A DNA stretch of 59,134 nt, counting the filler, from Sphacelaria rigidula (taxonomy: Eukaryota): NCBI GenBank assembly GCA_964200075.2. It is 5 parts of 5 records of this genome, joined end to end, with 100 filler letters (N's around TTAATTAATTAA, not from the genome) between each part and the next. Parts side by side here need not be neighbours in the genome. Positions count along the whole stretch, not along the records: positions 47,389 to 59,134 come from CAXNAA020004559.1; 4 more parts are not named here. One strand, 5' to 3'. The notes beneath the pieces are model-generated. The model had not been told where the DNA came from, made no database searches, and worked only from the letters and a program-made list of their open reading frames with translations. How positions within the stretch are numbered: position 1 is the stretch's first letter; the number at the start of each line of letters is the position of its first letter. Positions 49,148 through 59,134 of the stretch are shown here, piece after piece. The position numbers and the translations under genes are program-made.

Positions 49148-49258
49148 CCGGTAGCTTTGCTGGCCGATTGCTTGGCCGCCTTGGAGCTTCTACGCATGGT
49201 GCTGCTTGATGCTGCCGATGACTTGGAGCTCTTCGCCTTCGCCGTGGTTACTCCTTCT
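49148..49258 (-). CDS. Possible exon, Ser/Lys/Ala-rich (EGVTTAKAKSSKSSAASSSTMRRSSKAAKQSASKAT)
   Basis: CTGAC branch-like site, AAG acceptor, GTAAGC donor, 111 nt open; no gene model could be completed. Confidence 0.35.
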
Positions 49259-52200
49259 CTTTATAAGGCAGTCAGTGTGATGGAACACACCGACGGCCTT
49301 AAGAACAGCGAAAACCCTGACGGGTGACTTGTGCTGGTCAGCTCTTTGTGACAATCCCTCCCCCCCACCCCACCTCCCCCCTTAATGCTTGTCGTTGCAC
49401 TGGATGGTTCGTCCCTCCAGGGGGTGCTGCAGATGTGTACTTGTCGAACTAACCGACTGCACTTGGCAGGATAGGTGTATGGTTTTCGCCTGAAGCTACA
49501 GTACAAGGGACACAGTAAGTAGTATAGTACGGACAGCGGACAGTCAGTAGTACTCGACTGCAATTGTGTTGGCACAGTTCGGGGGATGGTGGGGCGTAGC
49601 AATGTGGGGGCTGAGAGTAGTTTTTGATCAGCGTAACCCGGGGATGAATCTGCAGCAAATGCAATAGTCCCACTTGTTGCCAATACTGCCTACTCTGTGA
49701 AAAGAGCAGTAGCCCACCAACACTCCACCTCGTGGCCTATTTTTTGTCTCATGGTCCTTTCTCGCGTTTTCCGCTAAACTTCGACTTCCTGCTAGGACCC
49801 GTAGTTGAAAAAACAGATCGAGTCGAGTAAGAATAAGTTGGCAAATTGACGATAACAACCTACTCATGTCTCACGACAATAAACCATATTATCATCGGTT
49901 TTGGTGGGGGAAACGCGCTCCGACAGGTGTGTGCTGTTGGCATTATATCCCATATTCAAAGTATGACTAGCGACAGTTCTGATGATATCGATGAAAGAAT
50001 TTCGACCCCACATTCCTTTCTTCTCACCTCGCACTGGGATTGAATGCTCCTCAAAATGCAAATTGAATCAGTCAACCAATCCATCCATCCATGCATCTTG
50101 AAATTTCGTCTTCATTGTATTTTAGATTATCTAGTTGTATCGATTCTTGACTACAAACACGTTGCTCAATGCTGGAGCTCCATTATACAGTATATTAATA
50201 CGAAGTACAATAGAGGTGAAATTGAAACAACGAATCGTTTACATCTCGCTGATGAAGAATATCCTTATGTTATCAACGCCCCATACAAAGTATCAGTGGT
50301 CATTGGCACAAAACAAAGCTGCCATCACCCTACCCTGCATTATACCCTTCTGATTATGATTATGATGATCATGGCCGCTACGTTGAACGCTTTGCACGAA
50401 CTCGGGACGGATCAGATACATATCAGCCGAATATGGTACATTTTTTTTCTAATAGCAGTTACCATCAACGAAGGAGAGGGGGGAAGCGTACTTACGTCGG
50501 TGCCACGGACCGGTTGGTGTGCTCGTGCAACTCAGGCAACAAGTGCGGTCACCTCGCCAGGGCCGCTGCTTGCACTTTTCAAGTCAGGAACACGAAGGCT
50601 CGCCACTTTGTTGCCAAATAGGGCAACCCCCCATAAAAAAACTTGACCTAGGGTGAATTCTTTCCTTGTGTTCAAGAGAAAGTAAGTAGTGCGCGGTCCT
50701 CCAGGGTTTGTTGGTAGCACTAGGACAGTACAGCGGTGTACCAAAACTTGAGGCACGGGGGGGGCGGGAGGTGAGCTCTTTGTCTTCACTGAGGGAGAAC
50801 GCAATTGGACAAACTGGGGAAGCTTGCTACGAGACACGCTGCACATCGTGTACGAAAACTAATCTGGCGGAGCCCCTTGTATTTTGGCGCAGGCTCCGGG
50901 AGAAAGAAAGTGCTCTCTGGTGAAAAAATACCGGGATAACGTGTGCTCGGGAAAAGAGCAGCAACACCTCCTGGGCCAAGAGGAAAAGGAGGGGGTGGCA
51001 ATCACGTAGGAGCTGTGCGCGGGGGGCAGGGTGGTTACATAACGGGACTGAGCCTGAAATTACCACGCAGCAGAAGAAGCAGCAGAAGCAGCAAGAAAGA
51101 TTATCGAAGCAGGTGAGCTGTGCCTTGTGGTGGATGTGCATGTCTCTCTCCGTTCTCGTCGTTGGTTTTCGTCTTGCTTTATGTCAACCCTAGCGACTAC
51201 TTCCTGTTTCCTCATTTTTCGTCTCTTGTTTTTTTGTCGGCATCTTCTTTTCCTCCTCTTTGTATGTGTTGTACTGAAGATAGATTTAACTGTATTGCGC
51301 TCATCTAGGTTGTCCTCATGCCGTTCCTTTTGCATCAATGTTTTATCTTGCGTGCCCCGGAGGGAGTGTTCTCGTGGTTGAGGAAATTGCGCATGTGCCC
51401 TTTCGGAATGCTATATGCATACACATGTGGGGTTGGTGATTTGCGTCGTACTCCGATGGTGTTATGTATGCATTGGACCCATATCGGTGTCTGTTGGTGC
51501 TGCCCCATGGGCTGCTTGTACTCGCCGTTGTCATTTGGCGCGCAGCCTAAAACCATTTTAGCAAACATTGTTTTCGACTGCTGGGCAGGCGGCTGTTTTT
51601 TTCTTCATGACTGCATTCCACTTCCTTCTCTGGCTCTTTTTATGCTTCTCCTGATATGTGTGGTTCCACAAGGCGGTGCAGTCCAAACACTTGAATTGGC
51701 TCATGAATTCACAGAAGCTGTGGATGTGCGATTCTACAGCACAAAACGGCACTCAGTCGTATTGTGTCTTATATTTTCCAACCTTATCCCATGTGTGAAG
51801 GAGCTTCGTGTCCTGACCAGGTCGAGATGCCTCGTGCCACAACTCAATTTGAAGACTCACATAATTCGAATCGCCTACGCTGCTGAAATCAGTGGATAAT
51901 CCTCACACAGTCAGTTGAAGGCACTAGCGAGCTGTCGCGTGCTGTCGTGAGCTGATCGGCTTTCTGTCACTACGACCCGTATCTTCACGCGTACCGTTTT
52001 ATACCCCTTACAGTACAGTGAGTATGGTGGTACAAACTGTTCCCGCCTCACATATAGAGATTATTTGACTCTTCAACTACAAGCACCCCGTGATGGACCG
52101 GACAGACCCAAGCGATGGCGCACGTGAACAGAATTTGCACGTTTGCGCAAGCCAAGTCAAAGTGCTCCCATGCTCCTTCTAACTCCTGTCCTGTTGAGCC

Positions 52201-55140
52201 GCAGCACAAACAGCAGTGCAAAGCAACCCACGGGTACTGTCGAGGTGTCGGAACTTCTCAGGCGCCCCCCCGATGATATTCCGTATGATTATACTCCATC
52301 ATTTTTTGTCGCTTGTCCGGGCATTAGTGTTTCTGTGTGCAAGGTCTCTGATGTGCTTTCTTTCTGGAATCCTGCAAAACCCGTTTTCATCCATGACGGA
52401 TGTTCGTCCGAACGCAGCAGCAGCCGTTTTACTTTTTTTGGCTACCCTTTGAAAAAAGTGTGCGCTGCTGGATATTACAACAGCTGCAGTTGCCTTGCGT
52501 CCGAGCATTCCTCGGGTTGCAACTATCATTTCTCTTCCGGAGTATATGTTGGTATTTCCGCACGCTTTTGTGACAATATATTATAGAACTTGATGTGCAG
52601 CGAAACGTTGACTGTTGACTTTTCTTATTCACTCTCCATGTGAACAACCCGTTGTGAACAGACCTTGACATGAACAAAACGAGAGAGTGCCGCACACGCG
52701 TAATGATTGCAGAGTGCCTCCTCTGGTGGTAGCACCACGGCAGTATCACCTCTCTCGGCCTCTCCTGCTCAAAAATGGTGAGTCAGGCGTGTGCGGTACA
52801 CGTGTGTACTCATGGGCTACAGCAGCAGGGCATGGTTGCAGTGGGGTTACAACGGTAATGGCGTGAGTGCACTGATGTTCGTCGAATTGATAGGTCTCAG
52901 AGAACATATTTCCCTGCCCCAAATTTCACAACATGAGGAGCGTAGTGCATGTTGACCGGGAATGAGCAGCACAGCAACCTTTTGCAGTTTCGCCTCCATT
53001 TTTCTGTAGCCGCTCGAAGTGTTCCGCCCCGGTGTGTATCCTCGTCTATTTGGCACAGTGAAACTACTCGCAACGTGCGTGAGACGGAAGCTTGTTGCTT
53101 TGCCACGAGGGCTAAATCAGCTTTGTGGAAGCGGACATGATGCTCCGATGCTCTTGACACGAAACGCCTCGAGAGACCACCGCTCCGCGCGGAGAACAAG
53201 CTAGCCGAATTAATTGCTGCGTTGTATTCAGACCGTGAACCGGGAGAGTTTTACGGGAGTTCGTCGTCTCAATAGCCCGCGGTTGCTCTGCCATGATTTA
53301 TGTGGTGTTGGCATTAGGATTCGAAAACTGTACTCAGGAGGCCGACAGTGACAGTCCCGAGCACTAAGCAGTGCCCGCTTGTGATCAAATGGGCGGCTGA
53401 GATGGGGGTCAGGGTTGAGGTTCAGCAGTTACAGAGTGCGCCAACGATCAACTATATTGACATGACTAGTTTGCGTCAACCCGTTACAAGGGGATGGCCT
53501 TCCTTTCCTGTGGGTAGCGAAAATACGGTGACAATCAACACATGCTTCGATGCATGGTATACTGTCTGTTGTACATTCAATCGGAGTATCATCATGGGCT
53601 CACCTCAAAGGAACTTTTTGGGATCGTTACTTGGGAGCACTCGTTCGCACATGACCGACCCCCTGAGCCCCCGAGCACCCACACATGAAAAGGCTGTCTG
53701 GCAATCATTTTTTCAACTGACAGTACTAGCGACTCATCAGCTAAACACATGTACACCCTTAGCGATTGGGGGGAGCGCGAAACCCTCCACAGATGCAATC
53801 CAAGTGAACCTCTAGAGATGCTGCAAGGGCGATTGATTCGGGTTGAGTAGTTACACGAGTAAAGGTCTGAGGACCACGTGATGCACCGCATGTTCCCGTT
53901 AGGGAAGAATGTGCTCCCAAAAGTAAGAGAAGCAGCGGAGAGCATGCTACGTTCGTTAGATTTTGTTTTTAAGTGTGAATAAGTAGCGGAAGGGGGCACT
54001 ACCGCGGTCGTCAAGGCTAAAGTTCCTCGGACCCATATCTTACCGACATCGAAAAGAAGAGAAACATCTTCGACTGAAAATCTGGTGTAGACGCCGAATC
54101 CGAGGTGACTTTGGCGACATGATTTCTCCTTTCACTGATTGATTTTGATTGGTTAAATAATTATCTCACATTAGCTGATTGCAACAATCCACCCCGCGAT
54201 CAGAAGCAGCAAAAATAGAACAGAACAAGAATAAAAATAAATAAAGGAACGGAAAAACGACAGAAGCAACGGCCTCAGAAAGGAAAGACTAGAAAATGAC
54301 CAGTTTGCAATCAAGATGACGAATTCGGCGTATTCAAGATTGGTTTCACTAAAGGCAAATCGGTATTTTCACCCATGCTGTCGAATCAGTGAGGGTAGGA
54401 GAACGTCGCAGCCGAATCAGGTAAAGTCTGTCTGGTTCGCCAACGCCAAATGAGGTTTGAACACTTGTACCAAGCTTGTACCGACGGGTCGTGACCAATT
54501 CATTTTCATTTAAAATAATGTGTGGGCTAATGTTGCCCCAATTTTGTTCCGGCTGTGTCAGTACCTTCAAGACCTCATCAAAAGTTGAAAATTTGGTTCA
54601 TGGCACGCACGACAATATGGAAAATATCGTCAGTGCATCATTAGTATAGTCTGGTATACAGATTGAGCCCACGATTTTTCCTAGAACAGGGAAGTAGCCG
54701 TCCCCGGGGGTGGTATCCACCGTTTTGTTATGTCGCAATCGAACGGTGGTGCTCCTGACCATCCTAGGCGTACATATTAAGGATGTCGACGTGTTGACGA
54801 TACCTATTTTGCAGTCAGAAGTATCATGTCCGCCCTCAAACCACTAGTACGTCAAATAACCGCCCCCCCCCCCCCTCCCGTTGAGAGAGTTCGGGCAGGA
54901 GGTATGTTTATCTCATCTTCGGGGATGGATAATAGGGTAGTGTCAAATCAGCAAATAGGCTGTATACGTTACACGTTTTTGTGACCCCTCGCGTACTGAG
55001 GGGCATCTCCATTCGTATCTAACAGGGCCTGGCGACAGATCATGATTCCAGCGCATTCGTAGACCAGGAATGGCGGAATATGTTCTCGGGGTTGTCTGCA
55101 GCCCCTTCAAAAAAAACAACGGGTGCCACTGCTGTGAGTA

Positions 55141-55997
55141 CAGGCCGGGCCAGCAAAGAGTGCCGCATTTGTATCTCCAACCATAACTCGTCAAGTTTAC
55201 CAAATCAGCTCGACTTGAGCATATCGCTGTGAACTGCAGACCAACCTGGTAATGAAAGGCACCGCCGCTGGTCGATTGACGAAGTTTTGGCGATGATATT
55301 ATTGTATTGCATTGAGTACCAGAAACGTGTCGTGTCGTCTCGTGATGGCGTGTCTGATGACGTTTCGTTTCACGAAATGCGGTGGAATTACGGTAGGGAA
55401 TTTCGCCGCACAGGCACGCGTACAGTAGACTGGCACTCGTACGAGTACTGAACGGCTGCAAGATGGCATCAAGGGCAACAGCTCCATCATGGGAGAGAAC
55501 CTCCCAGCCGACCCTCATTCACCACCGTAAGAGGGAGAAGTGCTACCTCAAACTGTACTATACACCCTCAAGATGCAAGACCGTCACCAAAATGTCGAAA
55601 CCCTTCGCAACTCGTGAGGAATGAAGCACAAAAAATTGCCAGATCATGCGTGGAAACAAAATGGTCGTATCGGGATTTGAACTCGTGGCGTCTGTAATAC
55701 GAGGCGGTTTCACCAGTTTGACCACCGGTGCCAGACGAGAAAGTGGATGCTGTGGGTATAGAGTTGGGCGCTGAAATTTTGACACAACATGCTTATTATC
55801 CCTGCGCGCAACATTTCTTGAGGTGCATCAGTTTTTTTTTTCACGGTGTTAAAGCATTTTTCTAGTTTTAACAAAAACTTCAAATCGCTCTAACTTCCTG
55901 TTTGTTTGTTTTTTGCGAATNNNNNNNNNNAACTCTTCAAATTACCCACAGCATCGCCAAAATACATTTAAAAAGCACTCTCAGCTGGCCCAGCCTG
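55141..55997. mobile_element. Tc1/mariner-type MITE with ~560-bp internal insertion (~55209-55767)
   Basis: TA|CAGGCCGGGCCAG...CTGGCCCAGCCTG|TA; collinear with 2575-2893 apart from the insert and smaller indels. Confidence 0.8.
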
Positions 55998-57349
55998 TAG
56001 GTTGTAAGAAGTTTATCGGCACCCGCCACGTGTTCAGACTCATTGTTGTCCGGCCGCAAATGGCTTAAATATTGGATACTGCCCCCTTCTTCTTCGTTGA
56101 AGGAGATGCGATGTTATTTTACTCCGGAAAGGGGATGGGGGACGAGAAGAGTAATTAAGCAGTAGGGTAGGGTGCATACGTTCTAACGATGCCTCCCACT
56201 TGTTCAGAGACATCGCCATTTGCGTGTAACAGGCCCTGACGTAGATTATAACTCCTGCGCATACTTCTAGCTAGAGGGGATGGGAAACGTCGTTCCCAGG
56301 GTGTCTGCAGTCCTGTCAAAGAGAACGGGAGGTGTCATCAGTGAGGACAGGCCGTAGGCTTTCTATATTTGTCGTCCGGGTAGGTCATACCTTGCTCGAA
56401 GTGTGGGTCGTCGTCGTACACAATCGACCCCGTGGCCGTTTCGGGTGGTGTCAAGCACCGCCCGTGCCCTGTCGGTAATGGCATATAGCCAGTTGCTGTC
56501 TTCCTTTATATCCTGTTTGTTATCGTGGGCGAGAAATTGTGGAAGAGGGGACAAGGACTGGCGTCTCTTCGGTAGGATATCATTTCGGTGAAATAGATCG
56601 GCCGACAACCCCGTGAGATGTGTGTAACCATGTAGATGAGGTACAAACGACGCGCAGCACAGACAGTACAGTGTAGTACGGCGGTCTGCGAGCAATTAGA
56701 TACTGGCACCTCGGTGCATGCGGCTGTGCAAAAGATGGTGATCCTATAACCACTTGTCCAGAGACCGTTGCTTGCCCGTGTTTCATTAAGGCGATGTCTT
56801 GTGCGTTGAAGCGTGGACGGTGAACCACTGAGGGTCGCCTTTGGAATATACAGGACAAGACACGGCGCGATCCTGCGTACCTTCTACTGTACCTCGCGAT
56901 TGCACACGATCAAGGTGACTCGAATCACACATGTCAAGGTGCCTCCAATCACTCTTGTCTACAGCAGAACCACCCAAGGTGGTTCGAATCACATATATTC
57001 TAAAGCACAGCAAAGGTGAGGCACATGCATTGACGCACCTGTATTTCAGTATGTGTGTTACCTGCTTCCTCCGCATCGATCGCCTGTTGGGGAAGATCCA
57101 GATCCATGGCATCATTTCCGACTGAAGCGCAGCTACAGTTGCTGCCCCCGACGGTCGCCATACATGGTGGGTGGTGTGGGGGTATCGTGTCCACGGCGCG
57201 GGTGGCTGCGGATGCGCTTATGTTGATGTTTTCACAATCAAACGCATCGTTACACAAAACATAACACAGATATGTATACATGTGACCATGTTCATGTTCA
57301 CGTATCAACCTGCATGCGCATCGGAACAGAAACAACTCCAAGTATCGGC

Positions 57350-57505
57350 GTAGCTCACGTATCCCTTATAGCTCAACCAGGGCAAACATGTGTAGCTCAT
57401 GTAGCTCTCATAGCTTCCCCGAGGCAAACGTGCGCGGATAAGCTACGTCCGGTAGTTCACCCAGGGAAAAGATGCATAGCTCCTGTTGTTCTCATTGCTC
57501 AGTAG
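57350..57505 (+). repeat. 42-bp tandem repeat, ~3.7 units
   Basis: GTAGCTCA(C/T)GTA.C.CT.ATAGCT...CC..GGCAAAC.TG units; translate as VAHVSLIAQPGQTC and VAHVALIASPRQTC. Confidence 0.75.
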
Positions 57506-58588
57506 GGAGCTACACTAGAACAAAATTAGCTTGAGCTCCAGCGAGCTGATTCATCTGACGTGAGCAAACTGTGGATAATACCACCTCTTGCCCCCCTAGA
57601 TTGTTCGGGAACAGGATGCATTGATTTTGTCCCCGGAAAAGAACATGGAGGGGGGGGGGAGGGGTAGCGGTCAGAAAGCAGTAGGAAAGAAGTAAATTTG
57701 TTCTAACGATACCTCCCGCGTGTTCAGGGGCATCGCCATGCGTGTGTTAATGCTGATGTAACCGACCAAAACGGTAGATAATACCCCCATCGCGTTTGCG
57801 AGAGAAAGCGATTTTATCCCCGGTTGGAAGAAATAGTAGTTGGAGAATAATACGCCATTTTTCACGCGTTCAATGGATGCGTTCGTGTGTTTGAGTTGTT
57901 ATGGCGCATCGCCATTCGTGTCCAACCCGCCAAGACGGGAAGACAACACCCGTGTGATCATGTTTTGGGGGAGGGGAGGGACCGCGAGAAATTAATTCCC
58001 GGGTGAAGAACTGTTTCTGCAAATGTTCGATTATCACAATATTTTTATACATTTCAAGAGGTATTCCCATGTCGCGCGCTACTGGTGGTACGCGGTGGAT
58101 ACCACCCCCGAAACGGTAGAAGCCACCCCCGGAAACGGCTATTTTTTCGTCCCCTGCGCCACCGTGCACCCTCCGCCAATATAAGTGCGTCAGTCAAAGT
58201 GACGGTTTAGTAGACAAGACGAAGCAAAGCATGTCACTGTTTCTCCCCCAACATCGCACCATTACCACTGAAGAGCACAGCTCTCATTGTGCGTTGGATT
58301 GTGACTATCTCTGAGGGTATTAGACGTGTAGCGTGAATGTAGATGATGGGGCATACCCTTGAAATGTTGAGCACACAATTCCAACGGTTGAACATTGCAA
58401 CCAAGTGACAGAAACTCGGGCTTCCTTGTTATTGCTATTTGATTATTTGCGCTACATTTTCTAGCTGAAAAAACTGATGAGTGTTTCCGTGTTCCCCCTC
58501 CCCCTCGCGTGCGAAAAACTGCAGAGAAGGATGAAGCCATCTAGCCGCATTTTTCGCAGCCCAAGTATTTGATCAGACATCCCCTTAA

Positions 58589-58690
58589 CCCTTTGACCGC
58601 GAGGGTAGATCACCTGCTGAATCGGCGTTAATATTGACTTGAAAAAAGTACAGGTGATCCAGACGGACTACCCGCACGGCGGTCCAAGGG
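58589..58690. mobile_element. piggyBac-type MITE (102 bp)
   Basis: TTAA|CCCTTTGACCGC...GCGGTCCAAGGG|TTAA: TTAA TSD and CCC/GGG termini. Confidence 0.88.
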
Positions 58691-59086
58691 TTAAGCAGTG
58701 ACTTGCACGAAGAATGAGGGGTGGGCTGTCCTTGTTTTTGTGCGTAGTCTGTGTGATCTGCTTGAGGTTATGATTGTGAGGAACCGTTATTGCTTCTGAA
58801 CCCCAGAGCTCCTGATGGCAGCATAGATTATTCATATGACCTGGAGCGTGTTCGCGTTCATCTCCAAAGTTCATGTTGCCCCTAGGGGCAATTCGAGCGC
58901 AGCTGTTTTCGGATGTTTCCCATCTGATTTAAAATTCAACTTGCCCTGATGGGGAAAAACAAAATTATCGGTGCAACTGAAAGTGAACATTCAAGTCAAC
59001 TCACCGGTGGTGCTGTAGGTCGCGGGGATTGCCACCTTGAAACCCTTGAGGAAATACGGCGTTTTAACTCTTTTGGAACCGGACCC

Positions 59087-59118
59087 CCACTAACACAGGG
59101 TTGACCCTGTGTTAGTGG
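59087..59118. repeat. Perfect 15-bp-arm hairpin CCACTAACACAGGGT-TG-ACCCTGTGTTAGTGG followed by an A-rich run
   Basis: Direct reading. Confidence 0.9.
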
Positions 59119-59134
59119 AATAATAAAAAATAAG

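Noticed and set aside
50044..50646. 200-aa ORF (also 51318-51899 and 54943-55518)
   Set aside because: No recognisable domain and non-coding-like composition; the last overlaps a MITE.

Overview
Eukaryotic, repeat-rich DNA, most consistent with a brown alga (Phaeophyceae, stramenopile). That assignment is inferred from long introns, short GT-AG exons, polyQ coding, G/C tracts and TTAGGG-like repeats. The window is not one locus. It is five length-sorted contigs (1-11748, 11849-23595, 23696-35442, 35543-47288, 47389-59134) joined by artificial 100-bp N44-TTAATTAATTAA-N44 spacers. Contig 1 holds four in-phase internal exons of an unidentified membrane protein. Contig 2 holds a decayed Ty3/Gypsy 3' half and an RTE-like LINE relic with nested insertions. 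Contig 3 holds the last exon of a single-pass membrane protein and a near full-length decayed chromodomain Ty3/Gypsy element whose 3' LTR is only 17 bp. Contig 4 holds the last four exons of a RAD52-family gene with a long polyQ tail and a ~465-bp intronic inverted repeat. Contig 5 has only unassignable exon-like segments. Dispersed repeats: a tRNA-derived SINE, hAT-, Tc1/mariner- and piggyBac-type MITEs, and an apparent LINE plus non-autonomous partner that share a 3' end, finish in poly(C) and sit in C-tracts. Most ORFs in the supplied track are spurious. No database searches were possible; family calls rest on motif recognition by eye.
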